Part shown: positions 13,873 through 26,369 of the stretch, piece after piece | Numbering within the stretch: the stretch's first letter is position 1 | Layout: each line of letters starts with the position of its first letter | Source of the DNA: Schizosaccharomyces osmophilus | Taxonomy: Eukaryota | Assembly (NCBI RefSeq): GCF_027921745.1 | Contig: NC_079238.1 | Location: 3,844,001-3,908,000 of the forward strand | Length of the DNA: 64,000 nt | Direction of reading: 5' to 3' | The notes under the pieces: model-generated | Databases searched by the model: none | Told to the model about the DNA's origin: nothing | Seen by the model: the letters and a program-made list of their open reading frames with translations, nothing else | Translations under genes and position numbers: made by a program

Positions 13873-15309
13873 TCATTTAAATATACGAGAGATTTTGTGA
13901 ACAAATTTCTTCAAAAAACCTTTCTGTTTTTTACTAGGTGCTGCCTGTTCTGGCTGCGTCACAGGCATGGGTCGCTTAGCAGGAGCTGTGGTCTCATATG
14001 GTAGAGCTTGAAAGCTGCTATTTTTGGGATTGTTTATGTGCAACTTTTCATAATAATGACTCGCAGGTCTTTGGTTACTATGCACATTCAAATTTGCCTG
14101 GGAAGCCCTTGGCGTAACTTGACTAGCGGTATTTGACATAGCACTGTAGCGACTGGATTTGGCACGAGGCTTTTGTAGATATTGATCTCGTACTCGACGG
14201 TAACTGCGCTCGCTATCCGAATCATCCACACGAGATTCATGTATGTCCATAAAAGAATCTGAAGCCTGCATGTCGTCACCAGGATAGTCCAAATCCGTGA
14301 AAAGAGGACGTTGGCGATTCTGCATAGGCGCATACATATGTCCTGTATCCTGATGCCATGCAGGAATATTTGAATGTCGGGATGGAGTAAGTACACCAGA
14401 AGGAGATTGAGTCTCATAAGCGTGCTCCTTAGGTGCGTATCCAACACTGTTTCCAGAAAAAGTAGGACCTAACGGACTATAATTGGCTTCGTTTTCAACG
14501 GCAGTCGAAAACGAAGACCCCGGTTCCGTTATTTGGGAAGCACGCTTGGGTTGGCCGTTGTTAGATACTTCTCTTGGACTCATCGGTTTCATTCGCGCTT
14601 GAAAACTTAAGGAATTTCTTTTCCTTGCTGTTTCTGAACGCTCAGAAAACCTTGATGTGCTTCCGGGCTCGAAATCAGAATCGGCAAACCGATTACTGAA
14701 AGTAATTGGTGTAGCAGCATCATCATTTTCATCGGCAAAACGAGCAGGATCTGCCGCAGTGACTTCGCTTGTTTTACTGAATCTACTGGAAGGGGAACCC
14801 GAGCGACCCAAATCTAATCGTCGAGCTGTTCCATTCGAATAGTATCTTCGAACTGATTTTTGGGGTATTAAAGGGAAATTCGAGTTTCCACTTGCCCGGT
14901 TTGAAGATTCCAAATTCGTGCCGACTGGAACACCCACATCCTGTGAACTCCTTTGACTTAAGCGATGCTCATCCAGGGACGGAAGCGTTGCCTTCAATTC
15001 ATTTGAAGCAAACGTCAAGTTGTTTCTTGTTGAGCGTCCTCTGTTTAAGGAAGCGAGTGTCTGTTCTGTTGAATACCCCGACTTCAATGATGCACTCGGA
15101 TCCACGTTGTCTGTACCATAAGGTGGATGGACACCATTTGGTAAGTTGTCATAGTGGCTCCATCGACGACGATGGTTACTATCCACTTCTACTTTCGTAG
15201 GTCGACGACGAAAGAGTGATTGAGCATGGCGGAGTTTCTGAGGTATCCTATTCGACGAACTCTCCATTACATGGGGAGTGATATTAAGCTCATGAGCCGT
15301 TCCATTCAT
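13873..15309 (-). CDS. slf1: Low-complexity cortical node protein (Skb1 partner) with a basic amphipathic C-terminal tail
   Basis: Long S/R/P-rich ORF ending KKQKGFLKKFVHKISRIFK. Identity rests mainly on synteny; first in-frame ATG is at 15309. Confidence 0.75.
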   Translation of the reverse strand: MNGTAHELNITPHVMESSSNRIPQKLRHAQSLFRRRPTKVEVDSNHRRRWSHYDNLPNGVHPPYGTDNVDPSASLKSGYSTEQTLASLNRGRSTRNNLTFASNELKATLPSLDEHRLSQRSSQDVGVPVGTNLESSNRASGNSNFPLIPQKSVRRYYSNGTARRLDLGRSGSPSSRFSKTSEVTAADPARFADENDDAATPITFSNRFADSDFEPGSTSRFSERSETARKRNSLSFQARMKPMSPREVSNNGQPKRASQITEPGSSFSTAVENEANYSPLGPTFSGNSVGYAPKEHAYETQSPSGVLTPSRHSNIPAWHQDTGHMYAPMQNRQRPLFTDLDYPGDDMQASDSFMDIHESRVDDSDSERSYRRVRDQYLQKPRAKSSRYSAMSNTASQVTPRASQANLNVHSNQRPASHYYEKLHINNPKNSSFQALPYETTAPAKRPMPVTQPEQAAPSKKQKGFLKKFVHKISRIFK

Positions 15310-16323
15310 TCTTTCAAGCCCCAAAAAGGTCTAAAATGAAGTTTAGACTAGCCAATTCGTTTTCCTGACAACTGTCGTTCCAGGAGAATTCGTTTCTTCA
15401 CACAAATTGTTCACCGTCAATCTGTCCTCTTATTTTTTGTATAAATATGAATTAGAAATCGTCAGGTTTTTACCTTTTTTTTGTGATTATTGCTCCCAAA
15501 GCGGCTCACGCTCAGTTCACGATATTTTGTATGCTCCGTATCGTAAGTCTACAACAATAGATCCAGGTAACAGTATACGGATAGCATCACTAAACTTCCT
15601 ATGATGTCACCTTGAGCAAACCCATTCTTCAGCCAAACGCTTACGGCCTACCGTGTCGTTAAACAATTAAGTTAGAATAACGTTGGTCTCAATTTCCAAA
15701 AAGAGAAGCTGACAGAATCTGTACCAAATGAGAAGACTTCAAACAGAGTAAGGAATCAAAGGGTTTTTCGCTTTTTTTTTTTTTTTCTCTTTTTCGGTTT
15801 TTCTGTAACATATTTCGTAACTCTTCATTGTACCTGTTTGCATCGAAGACAAAGACAAGAATAGGATGTAATCGTTGTTGACGACAAAATGGCGAACTAG
15901 AGTTCTGTGTTCTTTCATAACCTGCCAACTTTGTTTGCTCCAGCAAGCTTGAACGAAGAAAAGGTGCACTTTAGTAAATCAACCATATACAGCAATATGC
16001 ATTGTTTGTAAACATTTTAAGAGATCCCTCCAAATAATACATATGCTTTAAGCCATTGTGTGGGAATGTCCATGAGAATCCAATCATGATTTATAGCCCG
16101 GCACGTTGGAAGAGTAGGTTTGCCTTCACTGTCTGCACATAATGTGTATCCATTTAGGATTGAACTCAATACTTGTCATGCTCAAGGGAACATGCAAAAC
16201 GACAAAGACGACAATAAGAGCTTAAAAGAGGATTCGTAAGTGGTGCAGATACCAAATGAAGCTAGTAAAGAAGGACGCTTTGAAGGAAATGTAGATCTGA
16301 CAAAATTAAAAGCGACCTGATAT

Positions 16324-16348
16324 TATATATATATATATATATATATAT
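16324..16348. repeat. (TA)n microsatellite
   Basis: About 12 TA units. Confidence 0.9.
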
Positions 16349-16622
16349 TATTTCGAAATAGCAACTAGTACTTTATTCAAATAGATGAAACCAAAAAGTA
16401 ACGATTTTGAGGGTTTTTTATTGGTAGCTCATCATAGCCCTATAATTTTCAGATTTTTTCGGGAAACAATCGCTCAATCCAAATATATAATTAATAATAA
16501 AATATAGTTTAGTTGAAATGCAGAAAAATAATCATTAGTAAAGAAAGGAAAACAATAATAAGAACGAAGTTTGTTTATCAAAGCACACGGACAATAGGAG
16601 AAAAGTAGACCACCAAATTACC

Positions 16623-16630
16623 AAAAAAAA

Positions 16631-16661
<31 letters not shown>

Positions 16662-16668
16662 CACACAC
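16623..16668. repeat. A25 followed by a (CA)n microsatellite in the cid13 3' region
   Basis: Read directly from the sequence. Confidence 0.9.
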
Positions 16669-16694
16669 TATGCTAACAAGGACTTCAGTAACAA

Positions 16695-18401
16695 CTAACC
16701 TTTGAAAGCAGGAATAGGTTGAAGGATCGGTTGTTTATGTATATGATGAGGAGAAGGGGCATGGGAAGTAGTAGATGGGTTTGACGGAATATTACGACCA
16801 TCCTTGGATGGCATATGGACAGCCTCCGAAGTAAAGTTGAATGATTCGCCTTGATTCTTTTTTCTTGACTTGTGATTTCGAGTATTTCTACGGAAATGAT
16901 TGGAATGCTTTGTATCGCGAGGATTCCAGTCAGCTTTCTCATCATGGAATCGATTATGATTTGGATAACCTATTCGGCCATTTAATCCATAAAGGTCAAG
17001 GTAAGAAGGCGGCAAGTGATTCGAATTATTCATGTAATTAGCATAGGCGTATGGATCCACATATGTACAAGGTATCATAGGGAGAGATTTGTTATTGTCT
17101 GCATTTGCTGAAGTTGTAGTAACGAAAGGAGAGGGCATAAAAGTAAAAGAATCATAAAACCAATTCATATGAGAAAAGTCTGGAGTCGAATTCGAAAAGC
17201 TCGCTTCAGGACCCAGTGGTGTACTGTTTGTTTCAGCGAGCAATTCACGAACATAGCTCTCCATAGACAAAGAATTTTCTATAGGAGGAAATACAAACTG
17301 TGAACACGCATCATTCAAGTTACCGTTATGACTAAGGTAACGAAAAGCTCGACGAAATTCAAGTTGTAATCCTTTGACGGTAATATCATCCGCCGTATTT
17401 GCCAAATTTCGAGAGTTCCGAAAAGGCTCTTCCACACACAAACAATTATTTAGTTGGAATTGCCAACCCTTGGCACGTTTTGAAAGAATTGTACCATGAC
17501 GCACAGATATTACGGAGTGATCATAATCAAAAAGGTAACCAAAATAACGGAAAAACTCGATGAATAAAGTACCAAGAGACTCGTGGTTTCTATCCCCAAA
17601 TCCGAAAACAAGTTCGGGAAATTCGCAAAAGGAAACATCCAAGCCTTCATTTTGAGTCAAATTTGTTTGCAAATGGGGAATCATTTGTAAGCTGGGGAGA
17701 ATGGAAGGGCTTCGTTTCTGCAGAAAGTTTATAACCATACAGCTGATGGTATACGACGTGAGGGTGCCGTTTTCGGCGGCGTCATTTAGACATCTCTTTT
17801 TAGCCCAGTATTTTATCATTACAATTAAAGTTCGAACTCGAGGGTCAGAAAGTATATACGTCTGCATAAGCTTGGTATTGATCGTAGAAATTGTTTTGTT
17901 AATGTTACAATCGCATGACAGATTTAATTCGCGGTCCCAAACTTTGACGATTGGAACTCTGGCAGTAGAAATACATACGACTTTTTCCAAACCGCTTTCA
18001 GCGAAAGCAGAAGAGATTTCGCAAGTGGTAGGAGCCGGTTGAGATGGATCAGTCAATATACATAAATCGATATCTGCGTGTTTGTCTGCAAGTAAAGACT
18101 CGGTGGAACCAAAAAGAACTGTTTGAATATTTCTTTCAGGCCATTTGTTTTGGAGTATGGATTCCAACTTGCGGACAAATTGATATCGTTTTTGAACACC
18201 ATCTTCGTCCAAGACAATCGTATGAAAAAACTCGTTTAACTGAGACGTTAGGTGCTCTGTATCCACGTGAGATAACGGTTGTAAGGATAGAGGGTTTACA
18301 GGAAGTAAAGGATCCGTCCCTAAACTATATGGAATACGTCGTCGATATTGAATAGAACGGGTTTCATGCTTACAACCACCGTTTACGGAAGACACGTTCA
18401 T
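16695..18401 (-). CDS. cid13: Cid1-family non-canonical poly(A) polymerase
   Basis: FGS..L.....DIDL nucleotidyltransferase motif, ARVPIVK, IKYWAKKR, GTLTSY and LCVEEPF..SRNLA (PAP-associated domain). Confidence 0.92.
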   Translation of the reverse strand: MNVSSVNGGCKHETRSIQYRRRIPYSLGTDPLLPVNPLSLQPLSHVDTEHLTSQLNEFFHTIVLDEDGVQKRYQFVRKLESILQNKWPERNIQTVLFGSTESLLADKHADIDLCILTDPSQPAPTTCEISSAFAESGLEKVVCISTARVPIVKVWDRELNLSCDCNINKTISTINTKLMQTYILSDPRVRTLIVMIKYWAKKRCLNDAAENGTLTSYTISCMVINFLQKRSPSILPSLQMIPHLQTNLTQNEGLDVSFCEFPELVFGFGDRNHESLGTLFIEFFRYFGYLFDYDHSVISVRHGTILSKRAKGWQFQLNNCLCVEEPFRNSRNLANTADDITVKGLQLEFRRAFRYLSHNGNLNDACSQFVFPPIENSLSMESYVRELLAETNSTPLGPEASFSNSTPDFSHMNWFYDSFTFMPSPFVTTTSANADNNKSLPMIPCTYVDPYAYANYMNNSNHLPPSYLDLYGLNGRIGYPNHNRFHDEKADWNPRDTKHSNHFRRNTRNHKSRKKNQGESFNFTSEAVHMPSKDGRNIPSNPSTTSHAPSPHHIHKQPILQPIPAFKG

Positions 18402-19107
18402 TTCGCGACAAGCTTTCTCGGTTTTTAAAGGACACTGTGTTGTTTCCCTTTTAGTCTGGCTCGTAAATACCTACTAGAGAAGCTTTGGTCTGTTACCAAA
18501 ACAGTTCGAATCAGTTCGGCTTTCAAATGCGTTCTGGCAAGACGAGATAAGCTAAAACAACAATTCAATCCTTCTAGCAGGTAACCTACAACGAGACTCT
18601 TCTTATTAACAGCAGACGAGTTTCTATGCCTTTCTTCACGTAAGACTAGTTAATATCCAAAATTTCCGCCAGTGTTGGTTATGAGCAACGTAGCTTGGTC
18701 TGTATCAATGAGCAGCCAATGTGGAAGATCATAACAAAGAAACTCTATGTAGTGATAATAGACCATGGAGAGTACCAAGGAGGTAATGACAGTAATAGTT
18801 GATGTCAAAAATAAAAGTAAAGAGGTGGCTTTCTTTCGTTACATTATGTTATGTAGGAACATTTACTGTTCTTACTCTGTATGTACTTGAATCGTATAGA
18901 GGGCAAGCAATATAAGTTTATTTCCGAAATAACACTGCTCTTGTAGGTTGCATTGAATTATCTATTCATTCATCATTCATAATTCATGACAGCTAGCTCT
19001 AGCGTTTCCCGTACACTGCTAATATAGATGAATCGTTCTTCCTTACAGAATTTACATACACCTTCCTTACAGTTGACTTGGAAGCAAACAAGGTAAAAAC
19101 AAAAATT

Positions 19108-19181
19108 TGGACAAGCCAGAACTCGAATCTGGGACCTCTTCCATGCTAAGGAAGCGTGATAACCATCTACACCACATGCCC
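19108..19181 (-). tRNA. tRNA-Ala, anticodon AGC
   Basis: GGGCATGTGGTGTAGATGGTTATCACGCTTCCTTAGCATGGAAGAGGTCCCAGATTCGAGTTCTGGCTTGTCCA folds as a cloverleaf with the G3:U Ala identity pair and a TTCGA T-loop. A T-run terminator follows. Confidence 0.97.
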
Positions 19182-20161
19182 TTGTTCTTCTACTATTAAG
19201 AAGGCTCATTTGTATAGGTAGAGCAAGCTACTCTCATCAAGGCCAGAATACCGACCTAACTAACAGTCAACTGACTGAGATTACGCAGCACACTTCATGC
19301 TCCATCATACTACCGTTATCACTACACGACTTGCTTGCAATAGTTACATGTTCAAAAACAATTCATCCGTCCAGCACCACTAGTATGAAAGATAATTATA
19401 GATGTTTCTCATCCCAAATCCACTATATTCATTACAGTTTTACCACAACAATTATAGAGAATTCAGAACACGTCAGAAAACGCCAACTACCCTACATGTT
19501 ACGACCAAAAAGGAAACATAACATGCAAGAGATCATCGCCTTGAACAGATGCTAAAACCGCCTGATCCAAAAAGGATCCAGCAACCAACCATCCATTCAG
19601 TAAGAAAGTATTATCTCACTCTTCGGGCAATGGCGCTACTAATCATCATCCGTGTTGAGTTCTGTGGCTAGGTTAGGAAACCCAAGCCGGACGTATACTA
19701 TAGAAATGATCCATTGGAGTATCGTCGATGGTTATTAATGAAGCAAAAGCTCCCATATTTATACTATTCGGATTCCCAAAAAACAGTCACAGTCTAACAA
19801 AAAACAGACACAAAAGCAGTCCTCGTTGGCGAATCACAGACCGAGGAAGGCTGTAGAAGTTTGCTGTCGTAAAATACTAAAGAGATTTAGCATACGGGGT
19901 AGTGGCACGGAAAATGAGCTTAACGAACGATTTTGCATTTTGGTAATCAAAGAGAAAAGTTTGCATCTGTTAGGCTTATTATTACTTTCAAAAGTTTGCT
20001 GTTCTTTGTGAAAGATTCTAAAAAAAATATAAAATAATAAAAACCCATTTTCTGTAGGTTTTTTTGGTTTTGTTACTTTTGTCACTTTGGTACTTTGGCC
20101 TCCTCTGATTACTACCTTTTAGTACTCTACACCAACTAACCAACGAGGAAAATTGGGAATC

Positions 20162-21491
20162 ATGTCAGAAACGACATCTGTAAACATGTATGTTTCAAAC
20201 ATTAGGAAAAATGAATGCTAATAGAATAGTCCGGAGTTGGAATCTCCCCCTATCGAGAGGGTTGAGTTGGAATCGATGCTTGTAATGAATATTGTCAAGC
20301 ATTGCCGTGATTCCTTCCCAAATGTAGGCACCATAGGTAGGTTTTTTATTGATAGGCTTCATCGCAAAGTCAAATTATGTGTCGTTTATCGCGATTCTTG
20401 CAGGCTGAAAAAGTTCTACCTTTTTTTCTGCTGTTATGCGCTACTGTTTTGGCAAATTCGGTGATGTTCATAGCGAGTTCATGCTAATCCTTTGTAGGTC
20501 AACTTGTCGGTATTGACATTGACGGTGTTTTGCAAGTTAGTAGCAGCTTCGAATCCCCTGCTGTCCTTGAAAACGAGGAATCGGCTGTCAATAAGTCTGT
20601 TTCAGGAAGAGCTCGTCAAGCTCATACTGAAGCTACTTTGAACCGTATGCAATACTTGGGTGCTGTTACTGGTCACGTTGGTTGGTACCAAGGAACCTAT
20701 GTTGGGGCTTTCCTTAACAGCTCTTTCTTCGTTGACACCCAATACGCCTATCAAAAAGAGAATCCTAACAGCGTTGCTCTCGTTTACGATTTGTCTCAGT
20801 CTTCCAATGGCTCTTTGGCTCTACGTGCATTCCAACTTACCCCGGAGTTTATGGCCGCTTACGAGGAAAAGACATGGACTGCTACTTCCTTAAACAACCA
20901 CCATGTCTCACCTGCCAACATTGTGCATGAATTACCCGTTGCCATCCACAACTCACACTTGGCAACTTGTCTTCTCCACTCTCTTAGTGAGCCTTCTGAA
21001 ACATCATCTTTGTTATCATCCGAGGCTGCTCTTGACTCCATGGAACGCGAATTGCCTTTGACTGAAACTTTCAGCAATTTTGACTTGAACCTTGGAGCTC
21101 GCCACAAAAAGAATATTGAACACCTCTTGGAGTCTGTTGACGAATTCCACTATGAGCAAGGTAATGTTGGTTTCCACCAACGCCAACTTGCTAGAGAGCA
21201 AGCCAAGATTCAGCAATGGTTGACTAAGAGAAAGGCTGAAAACACCACCCGTGCCGCTGAAAACAGACCTCTCTTGCCTTTGGACGATTGGAAGCGCATC
21301 TTTAAACTCCCAGCTGAACCCCGTCTTCTCGATTCTTTGTTAATAAGTGCTCAAATTCGTATGTCACATGAAACCATTCCTCTTGTGCTTTTACTAATCA
21401 TTGTATAGGTCAACACTGCTCTCAAGTTGATGAGCAAAGCTTGTCGTTTTTGTCTAAATTATCAGGCGCACGTAACGCTTATACCTCTTAG
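20162..21491 (+). CDS. tif38: Translation initiation factor eIF3 subunit h (MPN domain), 4 exons
   Basis: VMNIVKHC, GQLVGID, VGWYQ and KRIFKLPAEPRLLDSLLISAQI. Introns at about 20188-20230, 20337-20497 and 21359-21408. Confidence 0.92.
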
Positions 21492-21993
21492 ATGAATTCA
21501 ATAAAAGAACGGTAGCTGTGATTATGTATTGACTTGGCTGAACGGAACTTTGGTAGTCGAATAATCCTTTTGACAGTAATTGCTAGAAAAACTGTTTCTT
21601 TGCTTTTGGGCTAAAAAATTATTACCAAAGCAAGGTTAGTTGAGTAATATGGTAAAATGACAAATGTCAATTAATAATTGAAACACTCGATCGTTTGTGC
21701 TTAGCTGAATTGTATATAATATACATAGAAAGCGCTCGCTATAAACACAATGAAATGTAAATTCATTTGTATAGCATTAAACATCTGCTATAGCTTGATT
21801 CCATATCCTTCCGTATGATTTAAGGGCTTAGTATTTATTGCAAATTTTAGTTTGTTTTTGTTAGTGGTGTTTATAATACACTTATAGGATTCTGTGTTTA
21901 CTTCCTTTGTTTACTTTACCGGTTACGCATTGTCTTCCATACCACCGCACCCATCCGTAACAAGAAACCTATCCTCTCAACCAAGTGTTAAAG

Positions 21994-23249
21994 ATGGAGA
22001 ATCCAGAATTTGTTCCGCTAAATAACTATGTTGGTAAGAACTTCGATATCGATAATGAAGAACTAGTACTAAACCATGTAGGCTTCGATTCTATTACTTC
22101 CCAAATCAACCGCAAATTGGTCCGCCGTGGATTTCAATTCAATGTTATGGTAGTGGGTATGTTCTTTCCTAATTTTACTAATAAATTACTAAACGATTTT
22201 CATTAGGTCCTTCAGGAAGCGGAAAGAGTACACTCGTAAACACCTTGTTCTCTGCTCACTTGATGAACAGCAAAGGACGAGTTGATATTCAAACTCCTTA
22301 TCGCCAAACTACTGAAATTAATGTTACGAGTCATGGTAGGTATTCCTGGCGCTTGAACCTCATATACACCCTTACGATTTTTGTGTGTTATAAGTTCGAG
22401 TGAAATCTTTCTTAAAGGGTCAAATTATAGATAAAATTCTAACATAATTAGCGGTACACGAGAATCGCGTCCAGTTACAATTAAATCTTATTGATACTCC
22501 CGGTTATGGCGATCAAATCAATAATGACAAATGGTAAGTGCATCGAGGAATTGTATTTGAAATCTAACATTTTATCAAGCTGGGAGCCTATTGTCAAATA
22601 CATTCGTGACCAACATTCGTCCTACCTGCGACGTGAATTAAATTCTCATCGTGAAAAGCGCCTTCAAGACACCAGAGTTCATTGCTGTCTATTCTTTATT
22701 CGTCCCACAGGTCATTCCTTACGCCCTATTGATATTGCTGTGCTAAAACGCCTCACTGAACTCGTTAATGTCGTTCCTGTTATCGCCAAGTCCGACTCAT
22801 TGACTCTTGAAGAGCGAGCTGCTTTCAAACAACAGATTCGAGAAGAGATTGCCAAACATGATATTAAATTGTACCCTTATGATAGTGATGATATTGATGA
22901 TGAAGAGCTAAATCTTAATGCCGCCGTTCGCAATCTTATTCCCTTTGCTGTTGTCGGCTCAGAAAAGGATATTGTTGTCGACGGAAAACATATTCGTGGG
23001 AGACAGAACAGATGGGGTGTTGTTAATGTCGATGATGAAAACCATTGTGAATTTGTTTATCTTCGTAACTTTCTAATGCGCACTCATTTGCAAGACCTTA
23101 TAGAAACCACCTCGGTATATCACTACGAGAGATTCCGTTCCAAGCAACTGAGCACCTTAAAGGAACAATCTTCTATGGCCTCTAGAATGGCAAGTCCTAG
23201 TCCCAGCTTCCCTGACCATTTCCATCCGTCTGCTACTATCGCAAACTAG
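21994..23249 (+). CDS. spn2: Septin (Cdc10 group), 5 exons
   Basis: NNYVGFDSITSQI, GPSGSGKST, DTPGYGD, VIAKSD, PFAVVGS and GRQNRWG; four introns. Confidence 0.96.
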
Positions 23250-23458
23250 GTTTCCTATCCGACTTTTCGTCAAGCATTAATACACAATAATATTTTAGTT
23301 TATTACTACCTAAGATTCAAGTTTACTCTTAAGTAAAGTAAACAAAAGCTTATTCAAATTTCGTGTTCATTCAACTAAATTGTCAAAGAAACATCTAAGG
23401 GTATACAAATTCACTGTTCAGTAAATATCTAATGTACAATCTCACTATTGTAAACATT

Positions 23459-25093
23459 TTAATCAAAAGATTTGGTTACATTAAATGCAGATCCGTCAGA
23501 TTCGGAGCATTCCAAAAAGCTGTTAAACAAAAGGCGGCTGTAATAGCTTTGGACTTGGAACAGCACCTCCGCTTGTTTGCTTGCACGAGGAAAGCAATTT
23601 TGTAATGACATAGCACACTGGTAAATAGAATGAGTGAGAGCAGAGTTAATACAATCTTTTTGGGCTAGGAGTTGAAGGGTTTCAAGTAAATCATTACTGT
23701 TTTTAGTTAGAGCATGACCAATGCAATCTAAAACTTGAAAGGTTACTGATGAAGAACTGGAGTATAAACGAACATGGTATTCATCCCTCCAAGAAATGAT
23801 CCGCTCAAGATGAACATTTCCATGAACCAATGGTTGTGATAATATCCTAATTCCTTCACTAAAAAGAGTGTCTGAAATCAAAGCATTGCTTCGAACATTA
23901 AATGCTTCAGATATGCAGAGACCGTCAAACTCCCATATGTTTTGACGCGGTAGTAAAGCAAGAACTGTTTCACGGATTACCATTGCTAGCAACGTGTTCA
24001 CGAAATTTGATCGAACAGTAGATAGACAGCTCAACCTCTTAAACGTATTATTAACAAAGCTAAAGTCGCAGTTTGGGATAGTTAAATAAGTCAGAGCTAA
24101 AAACGCATATGAAAGTAATGATTCAAAGGAGTTTGGGTTCGGAATTGGGGTACGTACAGCCTTTAAAATACAGCTATAAGCGTTAAAATTATCCAGACGC
24201 TTAGCTGCAGTAAATGCAAGTAACGAGTAATTCATACATGGAATAGATTCAGCTAATTGGGGTACAGTATTTGACCAAAAATGCAGAGCAGCCGCATCTT
24301 CAAATTCAAATACCCGAATAGATGGTATAATATAATAAAAATAGAAAGGAGAAACTTCCAAAGTCGGAGACGGCATGGTGAGTAAATTAGAGGGAATGGA
24401 ACCAGAAGAGCGTAAAGATGATAAAGGATGGCTAGAACTCGTCACGGTCGAAGGAGTAGAATTTACAGTAGCATAGTTATACGGATTTGATGGTGTGGAA
24501 GACACAGGAGCTGGAGGATGTAATTGGTGGTTCAAATGAGGATAACCAGGCGGAAAAGAATTCGGATGTCCAGCCATTGGAAATAATGAGGGATGTTGTT
24601 TCATGGGTTGTGGAATAGAGGAAGTAAGACTTGGAGTTCCTGTCGGGCGATTCAATTCGTTGGGAAGAAAATCTTGATGAGATGTATTTAAACCGGCATC
24701 CGCATCTGTCGATGAACGAATGCCAGACGCAGTAGGTACAGCGTTCGTATTGAAGACAGGTGATGCTTGCTGTTGTGGCAACAAGGCAGCATTTATATTT
24801 ACATTGACGGGAGATAAGCTCTCACCTGCTTGAGGAGCGGTCGAATGGTTTGGGTAGCCTTCACACTTACGATTTGATTTAGAACAGTTGGCGCAAAGTG
24901 GTTTCGTCTCATCACATTTTATCCTTCTCCGGCGGCAAGTTAAGCAACCAGTCTTCGTTCTTCGCTTAACAGGCTTGAGAGGCTGTTCTTGTTGCTGCTT
25001 AGCTAACAAAGGAATCGGAGAGGGATTGGAAAGGACGGGAGTCATTCGGTATCGTTTTACAGAAGCATCTGGGTATGCATCATAAGGTTTCAT
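23459..25093 (-). CDS. moc3: Zn(II)2Cys6 transcription factor
   Basis: [33 protein letters not shown] binuclear cluster; first ATG at 25093; syntenic position. Confidence 0.88.
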   Translation of the reverse strand: MKPYDAYPDASVKRYRMTPVLSNPSPIPLLAKQQQEQPLKPVKRRTKTGCLTCRRRRIKCDETKPLCANCSKSNRKCEGYPNHSTAPQAGESLSPVNVNINAALLPQQQASPVFNTNAVPTASGIRSSTDADAGLNTSHQDFLPNELNRPTGTPSLTSSIPQPMKQHPSLFPMAGHPNSFPPGYPHLNHQLHPPAPVSSTPSNPYNYATVNSTPSTVTSSSHPLSSLRSSGSIPSNLLTMPSPTLEVSPFYFYYIIPSIRVFEFEDAAALHFWSNTVPQLAESIPCMNYSLLAFTAAKRLDNFNAYSCILKAVRTPIPNPNSFESLLSYAFLALTYLTIPNCDFSFVNNTFKRLSCLSTVRSNFVNTLLAMVIRETVLALLPRQNIWEFDGLCISEAFNVRSNALISDTLFSEGIRILSQPLVHGNVHLERIISWRDEYHVRLYSSSSSVTFQVLDCIGHALTKNSNDLLETLQLLAQKDCINSALTHSIYQCAMSLQNCFPRASKQAEVLFQVQSYYSRLLFNSFLECSESDGSAFNVTKSFD

Positions 25094-26369
25094 TATAAGA
25101 ACATATACACTGGCCGTGATGAAACCCGAGAATAGTCGAGAGACTTCAAACAAAAAAAAAAGAAAAAGAGAGATGGATCAAAATAAATCCCCAAAATACT
25201 CGACAAAAGATTGACGACGTTAACAGGCCGGAAATGGTAGCACAACTCAGCATAAATATTCAAAAGCAGCCAAAAAATAAAAAAGTTCCAGCTTAAACAT
25301 AAAGAAAGAAGAAAAAAATCAAATGAAATACAGTTCAAATGAAGAAAAAAAAATTCAAAATTCAAAAAGTAGGGAACCTTTCAGTTAACACGAAAAAAAT
25401 AGATGCCCTCTCAGTTCAAAGCCAAAACCAACGTTCACAATCAATAGAACCAACCCGCGAAACAGAATATTAAAAGTGATCAATAATAGCAATCAAACAA
25501 CCAACAAGACAATGATATATGGGGCTATTGGGGACTACAATTGCAAAAGTTTCCAATTCAGCTGCAAGTATGTTTATAACTGAATTAATTAGTACAACCT
25601 GCAATTAATTAAACTATTAATGCACACGCTTTCCGTCTATTTTTTTTCTGTTTAGGTGGAACCTTTCGACGCAACTATGAACAACGTTCGACGTGGTATG
25701 AACTGTATAGTGGTGGATGAATGAAAAAAAACAAAAACAAAAACAAACCAAAAAATAACAGAAATTTTTATTCAGTCAGTGTAAATATAATCACAATCTA
25801 ATATCTAATTTAAAAATAATATCGTCAATAATAATAAAAAAAGAAAAAAAGAAGTATTTGGGAAAAAATACCACCTACAGCGCTTTTCCCAGTGTTCTCA
25901 GTATGAATGATAAGCCTAAATAAAAACAATTTAAAAAAAATATTTGAAATACTCATTCAATAAGTAAATGACACACGAGAATCAAAATACTCACTCTGCT
26001 ATAATAACTTTCAATGTTTACATATGAAGATTAAACACTATAGCTTCAAACCATCTCCAAATATACAAATTTCAAGCTACAACACGTAATCAAAAGCAAT
26101 GAAATTCATTAAAATTAGTTCTTGACTACACTAGAAAGAAATGACAATCCATTAATTACCCTTTGCGTTTGTCATTACCTCCATCTCGCATTACTTTTTA
26201 CAAATGATACAGTACTCAAATTTAAATCGTTACATAACATATTAATTATTAATCATAAGAATTTATCAATCATTAAGGCATTAGGCAAATAAATAGAAAG
26301 CTTTTAAAGAGGAGTGGTAACCGAACGAATAAAGTCGACCATTGTACTTTTTGTTAGAATATTTGTACA

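Noticed and set aside
19200..20100. Gap next to the tRNA as an LTR, 5S rDNA or wtf-type locus
   Set aside because: No 5S sequence, no TG..CA LTR with target-site duplication, and no spliced ORF that I could build.
25512..25680. Plus-strand GTATGT..TTTAG intron-like segment upstream of moc3, giving a 26-aa peptide
   Set aside because: The branch point is weak and distant and the peptide is featureless; not enough support.
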